A DNA stretch of 64,000 nt from a virus (IMGVR_UViG_3300030328_001739:6453-70452); one strand, 5' to 3'; positions 20,358 through 29,786 are shown, numbered from the stretch's first letter. Numbers and translations are program-made. The notes: generated by a model not told the origin, from the sequence alone.

Positions 20358-21531
20358 GTTCTATGGTTGTTGGTACTAGACTATCTATAACAGACCAACC
20401 TGTTATAGACATTCTACCATCACCATCTCTACCCATCCAACCTTGACCTATTACCATCATAGTTGAACCGACACCAAAGTCAAGATACCTTTCTTGAGAC
20501 TTAGGAACCCAAAGTTCTAGAGGCATAGACAAACTAGTATAATCCAAATCGCCAAGTGTAACAACGAAACCACCTCTGTCTTGAGGGTCTATATGTAACA
20601 CTTCTAATCTAGCAGCACACAAAGCATCCCATTTCTCTTTATCTCCTAATCCACCTACATAGGATTCAATAGAATCTAAACCTTCTAATGGTGTAATACC
20701 TAAACTACCTAAGTCCCATTCATGCGGGGCATTAGGCCACATATTAGCAACATTAGCATCGTCATTCCATGTACTCAAGTCTGCTTTTAGATATAATCTA
20801 TCTCCATTAGCATTAGGTTTACCTGCTATAAAACCAGTTGTGAGTGTTGGGAAGGAAGCCCTGCTTAACTTACCACTCGCATATACTTTCATCAAAGTAG
20901 GTGCGGTTTCTGTACCTCTCTTCCTCCCTAAGAATAGAGAAATCCTTTCAGGCTCAGATAAAGGTCTTGGTTGACCGTATCTGTAATTTGAGTTACCGTT
21001 AGGGAATACAGGCATACTATTATTCCATACGCAACAAAATATAGTGCCATCGTTTAGAGTCATAGTGTGTTTAGGTAGGTTAGCAACAGGCGTTTGATTA
21101 GTCTGTCCTGCTTCAAAGGGTTGTTTGGCAACCAAAGTAGGATTAGCAGTTCGTAAGTACCCACCATCACCTTTAGGTGTGTATAACATAACTTGCCCGC
21201 TAGCAACTAAGTTTTCTCTGCCTGATTCATCTAAAGTATTTAGCAACCCTGCTGTCTTTTTATAAGACAATTCAGCGAAGTCTTTTGCTCTTGGTACACT
21301 TAGGAATACGCCTTCGTATTCTTCTAATCCACTTCGACTTAGTGCCATTGATTTCTTTCTTACAGTAGTAGAAGCCATTCTGAGACAAAGAGTATTAGCC
21401 TCTTCATCTGTTTTCCCCGCAGCAATAAATCCTGCGTGGTTGCTTTCTTTTACCGTAGCATGGGCGTTCATTAGTTCTTCAACCGAGCAACCTATATTGC
21501 CCGCAATTTTTTGTATCATCTCTTCTAACAT
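20314..21531 (-). CDS. putative single-stranded DNA-binding (RPA/OB-fold) protein
   Basis: N-terminal helical domain, beta-rich C-terminal OB-like segment, acidic tail; located in the replication module; GGTGA SD upstream. Confidence 0.4.
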   Translation of the reverse strand: MLEEMIQKIAGNIGCSVEELMNAHATVKESNHAGFIAAGKTDEEANTLCLRMASTTVRKKSMALSRSGLEEYEGVFLSVPRAKDFAELSYKKTAGLLNTLDESGRENLVASGQVMLYTPKGDGGYLRTANPTLVAKQPFEAGQTNQTPVANLPKHTMTLNDGTIFCCVWNNSMPVFPNGNSNYRYGQPRPLSEPERISLFLGRKRGTETAPTLMKVYASGKLSRASFPTLTTGFIAGKPNANGDRLYLKADLSTWNDDANVANMWPNAPHEWDLGSLGITPLEGLDSIESYVGGLGDKEKWDALCAARLEVLHIDPQDRGGFVVTLGDLDYTSLSMPLELWVPKSQERYLDFGVGSTMMVIGQGWMGRDGDGRMSITGWSVIDSLVPTTIEHDDGNEEGEPEGWD

Positions 21532-21537
21532 ATTAGT

Positions 21538-22485
21538 TCACCTTTCTGTTGTAGTAGTCTCTCCTGTACCCCATCTCCCTATAAACCCTGCACATAACAT
21601 AGAGCAAAAAGACCATTTGACAATTTCATCTAGCACACCATTTATACAATCACGCTCTGAAATTATAGCCGCCTCTGTAACTTTCATTTTTGATTCGGCA
21701 CTTGCTTCACTATTTATGGCGTATTCAAATATACTTCTAACCGTCTTTCTAACATCACGACCTAGCAACAAAGCAACAGCAGATTCCACATCTCTATCAC
21801 GGAAACAGAGTTGTAAAAATAATTTATGGTTCATACTATCATCATTTAATTCGAGGGTAAATGCCTCTCTCATATCTTCGGGTACACACGACAGGGCTTG
21901 TAATGTATTTATCGCACTTCTCAAATCCCCCTTGTTGCTTTTTATTATTCTCCTAGTCCAGTTTTCTTCTAGTGCTAAACTCTCTAAGGTTGCTATATGT
22001 CTTATTATATGACTCATCCAATCATAATCTATCGGACTAAAATGTCTAACTGCTACTCTTGACTTTATCCAACTAGAAACTTTGCTTATATCATTACAAG
22101 TTAAAATAAATATACCATCTGTGTTCTCTATTACACCTTTCAATGCCGATTGAGCAGCAGAAGTTAGTTGGTCTGCCTCATCAAGTAAGAACACAAGTTT
22201 ACCACCTCCGTTGCTAAGTGGGATAATTTCTTCTTCTACGAACTCTATACCCCTCATTCTTTTGGTGGATGCGTTGAACTCATGTATAGGCCAACCTAGT
22301 TCGTTAGCAAATGCTCTAGCAACAGTAGTCTTCCCTGTACCTGCTTCTGCACTATGAAACAAGTAATGTTGAGGACTACCTTCTCCTGCTGCAATAGCGG
22401 TTAACTCTACTATTACTGAGTCTTGACCGCCTATGTTTTCTAATCTAGTTGGTCGGTATTTCTCGGACCAAACGGTCTTTAACAT
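21538..22485 (-). CDS. rfcS: replication factor C small subunit (clamp loader)
   Basis: WSEKYRP, GTGKTT, FNAS, LDEAD, FILTCN, KSR, GDLRSAINTLQ. Confidence 0.9.
   Translation of the reverse strand: MLKTVWSEKYRPTRLENIGGQDSVIVELTAIAAGEGSPQHYLFHSAEAGTGKTTVARAFANELGWPIHEFNASTKRMRGIEFVEEEIIPLSNGGGKLVFLLDEADQLTSAAQSALKGVIENTDGIFILTCNDISKVSSWIKSRVAVRHFSPIDYDWMSHIIRHIATLESLALEENWTRRIIKSNKGDLRSAINTLQALSCVPEDMREAFTLELNDDSMNHKLFLQLCFRDRDVESAVALLLGRDVRKTVRSIFEYAINSEASAESKMKVTEAAIISERDCINGVLDEIVKWSFCSMLCAGFIGRWGTGETTTTER
21574..21588 (-). promoter_or_regulatory. class I viral promoter GGGTTTATAGGGAGA
   Basis: 15/15 identical to 23116-23130; upstream of the putative SSB gene. Confidence 0.7.
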
Positions 22486-22487
22486 AT

Positions 22488-23096
22488 TTATTCCTCATCC
22501 CAAAACCCACTTTTAGACATCCACATAAGAGTCCACTTCCCCAACTGTTCGGGCGTAGCACTACCACTATCTAATGATAATACCTTTGAAGGGTATGCCG
22601 ACTCTGCTAATGTTAAATTAGTGGGGTCTATATTATTCTCACTAGGGTGTAGCAACGCATCTGCTGATGCTCCCCTTTCTAACAAAATATCTTCATCACA
22701 TGATAGTCTGACAATATAACCACCGTGATTCATTATGTATTCTATTTCGTTTACATACCTAACGTCATCAATAAACACTACATCTACATCTTGGTAGTTG
22801 TTCTTTACATCGGTTGCTAGTTGTTCCACCCAATAATCAGTATCTATTAGTGTTCTCTTACCATGACCGAAGGCTTGTAATATAGGTCTTATTGTACCTT
22901 TATCTGCTGCTTCCAACCTTAGAAGTTCGTTCATAGGAACTGATTCATGGGGGAAGAATGAATTAGCAACCTCTTGTCTCACATACGTTGCGAAAGATAG
23001 CACCTCTGTTTCACAATAATTAGCCAAACGATTAGCCAATGTGGTTTTACCACTACGCATCTTTCCTGTTATACCTATAATAATTGGTTTGTTCAT
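22488..23096 (-). CDS. deoxynucleoside monophosphate kinase
   Basis: GKMRSGKT, SFA, RPILQAFG, DYWV, DDVRYVNE, HPSE. Confidence 0.85.
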   Translation of the reverse strand: MNKPIIIGITGKMRSGKTTLANRLANYCETEVLSFATYVRQEVANSFFPHESVPMNELLRLEAADKGTIRPILQAFGHGKRTLIDTDYWVEQLATDVKNNYQDVDVVFIDDVRYVNEIEYIMNHGGYIVRLSCDEDILLERGASADALLHPSENNIDPTNLTLAESAYPSKVLSLDSGSATPEQLGKWTLMWMSKSGFWDEE

Positions 23097-23115
23097 ATCT
23101 TATATGGCAGACTAT

Positions 23116-23130
23116 TCTCCCTATAAACCC
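23116..23130 (-). promoter_or_regulatory. class I viral promoter GGGTTTATAGGGAGA
   Basis: TTTATA box 26 nt upstream of the dNMP kinase ATG. Confidence 0.7.
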
Positions 23131-23522
23131 TTAATACAATGTAAACATATTTCGCTGTTTTTAGGTAGTATTCTATGCTTACCACATTGAGGACATCTCT
23201 GTGCTAACTTCCTTTCAGCAGCAGTCATACATGACATTGGCCTTGTTTGTTCTATTTCTTCTTTGTTTGTTATCAAATCTCTTTTGACATCGAAGACCAT
23301 GTGTTTAGTTTTGTTCCCATTTAACTTTTCAACTTTAGCGAAACCAACCGATTCCAACTGAACATTTTTAGCGAGTACACTAGACAAACTATTGTCGCTA
23401 GGGACTTCTCTTAAAGACCTTAATTCGGCCAACTGCTCTGCAATTTGTGTTCTTGTTAATGCACCTTTGTCGAACAATATATCAACAACCAAGCGTCTAA
23501 GTCGCCTGTTGTTAGCACTCAT
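23121..23522 (-). CDS. winged-helix plus zinc-finger protein
   Basis: N-terminal wHTH-like pattern, C-terminal CPQC..CLHC. Confidence 0.55.
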   Translation of the reverse strand: MSANNRRLRRLVVDILFDKGALTRTQIAEQLAELRSLREVPSDNSLSSVLAKNVQLESVGFAKVEKLNGNKTKHMVFDVKRDLITNKEEIEQTRPMSCMTAAERKLAQRCPQCGKHRILPKNSEICLHCIKGL

Positions 23523-23550
23523 GCGGTATATACTATAAAGTATAGGTATA

Positions 23551-23766
23551 TTATTGGTTGCTAAATGCGGCAGCCCAAGTCATATCATAATGTTCAGTAT
23601 TTACTTCATATTCTTCCTGTGTTTCTAACTCTACTTGATTCCATTTTACAGAGAAACCATTTGTTCTGATAAACAATTTTATCCACCATATAGTAAAAGG
23701 TACTATTAGATATGATATAAAGAATACCATAATACTAATCCAACAAGCAGCACTACCTACGGCCAT
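23551..23766 (-). CDS. small membrane protein
   Basis: One N-terminal hydrophobic segment; overlaps neighbours in the operon. Confidence 0.5.
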   Translation of the reverse strand: MAVGSAACWISIMVFFISYLIVPFTIWWIKLFIRTNGFSVKWNQVELETQEEYEVNTEHYDMTWAAAFSNQ

Positions 23767-24413
23767 TGAACATCACCTACCTCTTGTATCCTTTTCTTCA
23801 CACCTTTAGGTAATAAGTCGGGAGCAACAATTCTCAGTTCGTTAGCAACCTCTTCATTGTTTCTAATTATAAAATCAATCCACTTATCCCCCTCTCTAAA
23901 GAGAGGATGTGAAATATCTTTTCTTTTGTTCTTCTTCTGTTTAGCAACAGTAATTGATTTGGGTTCGATACCGTAAGCAAACAAGGCTCTAACGTATTGG
24001 TCCGGTAGGACCATGTTAGACCTAGCAACCAATCTCCATAATCTGTAATCTACTATATTTTTGGTAGCCTCAAGAAGATAGGGAATTGGTACAAACTTTA
24101 ATCTTTTGAATAAGGTCAATCTGTGTGGGAATACGAATACCCCTTTGATAATAGAAGATAGGTCGTTGCTTTGTTTCTTCCAGTCAACTAATATGTTAGG
24201 AGAACTACTGAACTTTGGCTTTCTTTTAGGTGTTACAACCAAACGATACTCTACCAACGGAGCAAGCAACTTGGCTTCTGATTCTGACATCGTGCCATTC
24301 AAAACATATGTTACCCCTATACCTGTCGGGGGGTATTTTAGCAACCCTTCCATATAGACAGTTTCGCCTTCTGTGTACTTATCGGGTGTGTTCGTGTATA
24401 TTATTACGCCCAT
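23757..24413 (-). CDS. hypothetical protein
   Basis: 218-aa ORF in a tightly packed minus-strand operon. Confidence 0.6.
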   Translation of the reverse strand: MGVIIYTNTPDKYTEGETVYMEGLLKYPPTGIGVTYVLNGTMSESEAKLLAPLVEYRLVVTPKRKPKFSSSPNILVDWKKQSNDLSSIIKGVFVFPHRLTLFKRLKFVPIPYLLEATKNIVDYRLWRLVARSNMVLPDQYVRALFAYGIEPKSITVAKQKKNKRKDISHPLFREGDKWIDFIIRNNEEVANELRIVAPDLLPKGVKKRIQEVGDVQWP

Positions 24414-24642
24414 TTTCTAACCTCCTGTAAATCTTAATGCCTAGTTTTCTTTTTGATTCTAACATACCTTTAGCCTCTAATCCAGTTAATATTCTAGATA
24501 CCGAGAATACAGTCAAACCACCTCTAGGTTGTGTATTCATCTCGGATGCTAGGTCTAATAATTCACTTGCTGTAAACCACTCACTTCTAGCCCATTCCTC
24601 TATTGCTTTTCTAACTGCTCTCTGTCTGTAAATCTTCGCCAT
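24379..24642 (-). CDS. winged-helix DNA-binding protein
   Basis: FTASELL..SVSRILTGLEAKGMLES..KIYR is a typical wHTH pattern. Confidence 0.7.
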   Translation of the reverse strand: MAKIYRQRAVRKAIEEWARSEWFTASELLDLASEMNTQPRGGLTVFSVSRILTGLEAKGMLESKRKLGIKIYRRLENGRNNIHEHTR

Positions 24643-24931
24643 CTTCGTTACCTTCCTCGGGGATTATTGAGAAGGGGTCATGGATATAAACCCATCCCAT
24701 GAATCTAGACCATTGTGCTTGTGATAAGTTCCATATCTCTTTTACGGCAGCAGCAGATACTCTGTATCTACCACTATACCATTGATACCCACCTGTGGAT
24801 AATATACAAACCAAACCATCATCTATCATTCTTTCTACTATCTTTGGAAACTCGGTCTTTGGTATTGGTCTAGCAATTAATTGATTAAAATGTGGTCGCC
24901 ATTTTATTCTCTCTCCTGCTTCGTTATTCAT
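24611..24931 (-). CDS. hypothetical protein
   Basis: ATGA overlap with the upstream gene; Trp-rich. Confidence 0.55.
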   Translation of the reverse strand: MNNEAGERIKWRPHFNQLIARPIPKTEFPKIVERMIDDGLVCILSTGGYQWYSGRYRVSAAAVKEIWNLSQAQWSRFMGWVYIHDPFSIIPEEGNEDGEDLQTESS

Positions 24932-25548
24932 TCTATAACCTCAAAGTCTACTTCCATAGTAGGGGCTTTCAGAGCAGCCAGTCTCAATTCCATTTGGTTT
25001 AGCAACAAGGGTTCATTTCTAAGAACATCTACTAAGATACCCATAACCCCGTTTATTTGTTGGTGTGCTAGCAACAACTGTGAATCAACACCTATCTCTT
25101 TCTTCAAAGTACCAATGAGTTTTAGGTTTGTGTTTGCGGCAGCAACCAATTTCGTTGCTTCCCCTATCCACTCTCTAGAAATACCTTCCTCATCTTTCTT
25201 TTGCTCCCATTCATCCAACCAAGAGTTGATTCTTGAAAACACATCTTCGGCCATATCTAGGGTTGTTATACTATCATCACGCAGTTTTTCTACCCTCTCT
25301 GCCTCTTTAGCATCATATTCTATATGCTCATTCATATGTTCTGTAATGATACCATTAGACCAACCATGCTTCTCTTCTAGGAATGCAGGGGATTGTGTAC
25401 CATTAGCAACGACATACTCAATATCCTTTCTTTGTACGTGGTTACACATAGGACATTCAGGACTTTCTAAGACCCACTTTAGTGTTGTAATTACCAACGG
25501 GTCTTCTTCATACGCCAACCTTTGCTCTATCAACCATTTCGATTTCAT
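24928..25548 (-). CDS. Zn/HTH plus coiled-coil protein (possible terminase small subunit-like)
   Basis: CPMCNH..RKDIE..EHMNEH N-terminus followed by helical coiled coil; function inferred only. Confidence 0.4.
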   Translation of the reverse strand: MKSKWLIEQRLAYEEDPLVITTLKWVLESPECPMCNHVQRKDIEYVVANGTQSPAFLEEKHGWSNGIITEHMNEHIEYDAKEAERVEKLRDDSITTLDMAEDVFSRINSWLDEWEQKKDEEGISREWIGEATKLVAAANTNLKLIGTLKKEIGVDSQLLLAHQQINGVMGILVDVLRNEPLLLNQMELRLAALKAPTMEVDFEVIE

Positions 25549-25868
25549 TACTCTTCCTCCGTACAGGCATCACATAAACCAGTAAATAGGTTGGTGGTAT
25601 ACTCACCACAGGTTTCACAACGCTTTTTTATTCTACCACTCATTTCTTTCACATCCCAAAGAGAGACACCGTTGCTATTCTTTTCTAAAACCATAAACCG
25701 TTTATCTATCCTTAATATCATGGCTAGTTCCATTACACTAGGTATATTACGATACTTCTTACCATAACTACTTCTTACGTTGTCTATTAACTCTATCGCA
25801 GTAGTAGCACCTTTCTTTTTTATGTATTCTTCACATGAGTTTACAAAGTTCACTCTCTTCTTCTTCAA
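25548..25868 (-). CDS. winged-helix plus zinc-finger protein
   Basis: Same architecture as 23121..23522 (PS..L..L segment; CETC..CDAC). Confidence 0.55.
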   Translation of the reverse strand: MKKKRVNFVNSCEEYIKKKGATTAIELIDNVRSSYGKKYRNIPSVMELAMILRIDKRFMVLEKNSNGVSLWDVKEMSGRIKKRCETCGEYTTNLFTGLCDACTEEE

Positions 25869-27199
25869 TTACCGTTCCCCCAACTAGCATAGTGTTCATC
25901 AGGTTCAGGTTGCTTTTCTCCTATCCTACAAGCAACACCCCTACGGCCTCTTTTACCAACGACCTTTGGTGTATGTTCTTCATACCAAGATTCCCCAATC
26001 AAGTTTTCTTCCACCCATCTTTTCGCACTTTGGTAATCACCGTTGGTAATTATCCTAGCAATCTCTTTCAATAATGTTGACTTAGGAATATCTTGATTCC
26101 AATACATTGATTTAATCAAAGCAACGTCAGCATCCATTACTGTCCTTCTCATGTTAAGTGATTGCATCAGTATAAGAGATAATCTATCATCTATATCTAC
26201 AAGCAACGGCTCTCCGCCTTTGTACTCAGGTTGCATCATAGCATAACCAATTGCTAACCTTCTAAATAAATCAGCCTCGAAGGAACGAACAGTATCTCTC
26301 AGCACCCACTCTTCAAATCTAGGCGAGAACATCACACTAGTAGGGGGATTAAGTACAGCGTCTTCCATCCTTTTGTAGAACCAACCTCTCATTTCCATAG
26401 CCTTAGTTGCTAACTCTGCTCTTTCTTTCGGGGTCATTCTAGCCTGTTTGTTCTGTGCTATCTTATATTCTAACTCTATTTTAGGAGACATTTCTATCTC
26501 TATGATGAAGAATCTTCTATCTAATCCTGATTCTAACTCAAACCTAGCAGGTTGCGTACCCGCCCAACAAGTGTATCGTGTGTTATATCTAACCCAACCA
26601 TGTCTCATACCTTTGTTGACACGCCCACTATCCAAACTAGTTAGCAACTGATTTTTCATATCCATGCTGTGGTCTTTCTTAGTAGCATCAGTAAGGGATG
26701 AAAACTCTTCAAAACCTAAGAACCCACCACATAACTCTCTAGCAACTGGCCTACCCGCAACGTAACCATCTTCGTTAACACTACCAAATAGACCTGCTTC
26801 TGTTATTGAGTTAGCACCAATCATAGTTCTAAATCCTATACCATTGAAACCTTCGGGATTCCATATCAGGCCTGTACCTTCTGCTAAAAACAAATCAATC
26901 AACACATTCTTTCCTGAACCCTTCTTACCACGCATGAGTATGTGAACCCTAGTGTCTGCTAATCTAGACATCGGTGTATAGATTGGGGGGTTGTCGTGTC
27001 GCAACGGACAGTTAGGGATAGAGAAGTAACCATCTACTGGGTCTTCTACTGTGAAGTCGCAACGGGAACACTTGTTTATTGCATTGAAAATATGCGCCCC
27101 TATACTACAAATGAATATGGGTAGTTTATCATCTACTGCGACATAGTGGTTAGCATCACAAAAGGATTGTAAATCATCGTATATATCTACATCACTCAA
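25865..27199 (-). CDS. MCM-like AAA+ helicase (short form)
   Basis: GKKGSGKN, ITEAGLFGSV, GGFLGFEEF, LDRRF arginine finger. Confidence 0.75.
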   Translation of the reverse strand: MSDVDIYDDLQSFCDANHYVAVDDKLPIFICSIGAHIFNAINKCSRCDFTVEDPVDGYFSIPNCPLRHDNPPIYTPMSRLADTRVHILMRGKKGSGKNVLIDLFLAEGTGLIWNPEGFNGIGFRTMIGANSITEAGLFGSVNEDGYVAGRPVARELCGGFLGFEEFSSLTDATKKDHSMDMKNQLLTSLDSGRVNKGMRHGWVRYNTRYTCWAGTQPARFELESGLDRRFFIIEIEMSPKIELEYKIAQNKQARMTPKERAELATKAMEMRGWFYKRMEDAVLNPPTSVMFSPRFEEWVLRDTVRSFEADLFRRLAIGYAMMQPEYKGGEPLLVDIDDRLSLILMQSLNMRRTVMDADVALIKSMYWNQDIPKSTLLKEIARIITNGDYQSAKRWVEENLIGESWYEEHTPKVVGKRGRRGVACRIGEKQPEPDEHYASWGNGN

Positions 27200-27933
27200 G
27201 AGAACATTCCTCCACTAGATACGTCTTGTTTATTCACTATGCCGGAAATCATATCAACTTCCGATTCGTGTTGGTCGTATAAATCTTGTGCTTTTTCTAT
27301 ATCTACACTTAACTCTAATATCTCAAACAGACCAACGCCATCAGCAAACATTTGTTGACTCATAATATTATCCAAAGATGCCTTGAACATAACAATATCA
27401 GTCTGTATTCCTCTTAACCTAGCCAACCAACTTGTCATAAAAGCAAACAACGGTAGCACATCTTTACTATCTTCATCGTTATACCAATCTCCAAACTTCC
27501 ACGTACTAAAAGTACAGTCGGATTTACTTATCAACGAAACAGGTTCTTTAGTGTATATAGAAGAGGTCATCACAAGGAAGGAATCAACATCTGTTTTATC
27601 CATTATTGATTCTATTGTTTCTCTAACAACGGGATAACCAAACAACCAATGATTACCAGTAGTTATAGGGTGAAACCCTCTAAAGTTGACTATGAGTTGG
27701 TTGCCAATTTGGTGTATTGTTGTTCCGATTATCGCATCGGACATAAAGAAAGGTTTTGTTCTATCCAACTTGGAGAAAACGGTTGCTTTCAATTCCGCCT
27801 TTTCTTCAACTGATTCAACTAATATGTTGGGAATAGGACACGGTTCTTGTGAGCAGAGTACGATAACTCTATGAATATCCCCTTCTATCTCCGATTCCCA
27901 ATAAATATCAACATCGTTTGCGGTTTCTCTCAT
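27196..27933 (-). CDS. PAC2/PbaA-B-like proteasome assembly chaperone homolog
   Basis: Size and pattern recall archaeal PAC2: WLARLRGIQT..LELSVDIEK..helical tail..GGMFS; recognised by eye only. Confidence 0.5.
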   Translation of the reverse strand: MRETANDVDIYWESEIEGDIHRVIVLCSQEPCPIPNILVESVEEKAELKATVFSKLDRTKPFFMSDAIIGTTIHQIGNQLIVNFRGFHPITTGNHWLFGYPVVRETIESIMDKTDVDSFLVMTSSIYTKEPVSLISKSDCTFSTWKFGDWYNDEDSKDVLPLFAFMTSWLARLRGIQTDIVMFKASLDNIMSQQMFADGVGLFEILELSVDIEKAQDLYDQHESEVDMISGIVNKQDVSSGGMFS

Positions 27934-28274
27934 TCTAACATCCTCTCCTCTATTAACTCTCTAAGGAACTTCGGATATTTTTTTGGGTTAGTTTTTGATT
28001 TGATTGCTCTTTCTACCACTACATCTATTGGTCTAGCCTCCCAGTATGCGTAGCCATTAACAAAACCTACATTCTCAAACAACAAACTGGCAGCCATTAT
28101 TCCTCCCAGTCTCATAGCAGTAGTACCATGATTCTGACCCTTCGTATGTGTAGGGTTAGGATGTCGGTATGAGTTATACCAATCAGCCAATTCATTACTG
28201 TGCTTTGCTTCATTTTGTTCGGCCAAGTAATGGTATACAGTAGCCTGAACTCTCTTAGTCTGTCCTCTTGCCAT
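27930..28274 (-). CDS. winged-helix-like protein
   Basis: wHTH-like pattern; start moved to ATG 28274, 24 nt below a TTTATA box. Confidence 0.45.
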   Translation of the reverse strand: MARGQTKRVQATVYHYLAEQNEAKHSNELADWYNSYRHPNPTHTKGQNHGTTAMRLGGIMAASLLFENVGFVNGYAYWEARPIDVVVERAIKSKTNPKKYPKFLRELIEERMLE

Positions 28275-28309
28275 ATACCTCGGTCTACTACTCTCCATAT
28301 AAACCGAAG

Positions 28310-28463
28310 TATTCTTTTTATTGTTTTTAGTTAATTTAATACAAATTACTTCCTACCAGTAAGTCCTTTTTTTTATTCTTTCAATACTTCAATAGATGTA
28401 TTTGAGATTAGTCCCTTATAATACTCTCAAAATATCCCATAGAGAATAGAAAGAATTAGAAAA
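28310..28463. repeat. AT-rich palindromic element, copy 1 (inverted homolog at 46432-46582)
   Basis: Shares exact 14-, 18- and 9-bp blocks in the same order with the reverse complement of 46432-46582. Confidence 0.8.
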
Positions 28464-28474
28464 CCGTTGTACTG

Positions 28475-29209
28475 TTAGCCTTTAATTTGGTTTTCTTTTT
28501 GTTGAAGTAATAAAAAGAATGATTCATTCTCTAACAAATCTATTTCTTCATCGAACATATTATTTCTAATAATCAACGATTCCCCTACGTCTTTTTGTTC
28601 CTTTAGTTTCTCTACCGTAGCAACAACGTACCGTTGTGCGTCATCTACATTGGTGTATAACTTTCCTAGAAACGGCCTAATACCTAAGCCCATAGTATAA
28701 CAGAAGTACATCCGATTGTTACGCTGGTTAGTTTCCAGCATAGCAACATAATAGGTTCCAGCATCATGTAGAGTAAGTTCCGCCAATCCAATATACGTTT
28801 TGCTATTTACTGGGATATTAGAAATTGGTTTAGCAACCACCTTTGCTAATCCATTTTCATCAACTCTAAATCCAATAAAAGGTGTTTTGCTTTCGATAAC
28901 GAACCAAGCAACCTCTTCTAGAAACGACATCGTTTCTTCGTCATAGAACTCATATCCTTTCATTACTGAGTTTATTGGTATTCTAGGTAGTTGGGGTTGT
29001 ATAGCATCTAAGAAATCCCAAACAGCAGTATATCCTACTAATTTTAGCAACGTATCTCCAGTCTTTAATGTCAGATAAGGTGAGAATCTTCTCCTTCTCC
29101 TGTATTCTTTGGTATTAGATACCTTTCTCCATGCCTTGAAATCTACTACTTCTATTAGTTCGGGTGTAGTTAAAACGAAATCTCCTCCGAATAGCAACGG
29201 ATGTCTCAT
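28475..29209 (-). CDS. hypothetical protein
   Basis: 244-aa ORF; no motif recognised. Confidence 0.6.
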   Translation of the reverse strand: MRHPLLFGGDFVLTTPELIEVVDFKAWRKVSNTKEYRRRRRFSPYLTLKTGDTLLKLVGYTAVWDFLDAIQPQLPRIPINSVMKGYEFYDEETMSFLEEVAWFVIESKTPFIGFRVDENGLAKVVAKPISNIPVNSKTYIGLAELTLHDAGTYYVAMLETNQRNNRMYFCYTMGLGIRPFLGKLYTNVDDAQRYVVATVEKLKEQKDVGESLIIRNNMFDEEIDLLENESFFLLLQQKENQIKG

Positions 29210-29249
29210 ATATATCTCTAGGATATGCTAATACTTCAAGTGTTTGTTG

Positions 29250-29342
29250 TGAAGGTCGGAGGGGAGGATAAAACATATGACGACAGGGGGGAAATTAATA
29301 GTAACAAAAAACCCCTGAAAAATAAAAACCTCCGACCTTCAT
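29250..29342 (-). ncRNA. candidate small structured RNA or leader
   Basis: 13-bp inverted repeat TGAAGGTCGGAGG (29250-29262 / 29329-29341) enclosing CAGGGG/CCCCTG; begins 24 nt below a TTTATA promoter. Confidence 0.45.
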
Positions 29343-29359
29343 TTATAGTGTGTAATGGT

Positions 29360-29373
29360 TCTCCATATAAACC
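29360..29373 (-). promoter_or_regulatory. class I viral promoter GGTTTATATGGAGA
   Basis: 24 nt upstream of the 29250-29342 hairpin and its ATG. Confidence 0.65.
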
Positions 29374-29786
29374 TAGTTGCTATCCAAATAATCTATTAGA
29401 AATAAACCAGTTTTGGCTGTCTTTTCTTTACCAACTGTTGGTGTGTATTTGACTGGTCTAGGTAACGGTACTGCGAAACCCGCAAGTACACATTTAGGAC
29501 AGGCTTTGACCTTTAGTGCGGCCTCGTTGCTAAGATATTTCTGCGGCCATGAGCCTTCTTCTAGCATATCACATTGTTTGACTCGTACAGTACGGGTATA
29601 ATCTCCCTTACCAACGGTCTTAGTGGTCCAACTATGGTACATTGGTGTACCAACCACAACATCGTAATTTTCACTCATGGCAACCACCTTGATTTTTATC
29701 ATTTTTTTGATAGATATAATATAGACCCTTATTCGGCCCTCTTCCAATTTTTCTTTTATACAACCCGCCACCATATAATTTTCCAA
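29373..29786 (-). CDS. hypothetical Zn-binding protein ending in a P-loop-like peptide
   Basis: H..C..CPKC; C-terminus VGKEKTAKTGLFLID; start probably internal MSENY. Confidence 0.5.
   Translation of the reverse strand: MENYMVAGCIKEKLEEGRIRVYIISIKKMIKIKVVAMSENYDVVVGTPMYHSWTTKTVGKGDYTRTVRVKQCDMLEEGSWPQKYLSNEAALKVKACPKCVLAGFAVPLPRPVKYTPTVGKEKTAKTGLFLIDYLDSN

Noticed and set aside
21440-22012. 190-aa plus-strand ORF
   Set aside because: Antisense to RFC; no start signals or motifs.
24881-25585. 234-aa plus-strand ORF
   Set aside because: Antisense to a better-supported minus-strand operon gene; Ser/Phe-rich shadow composition.
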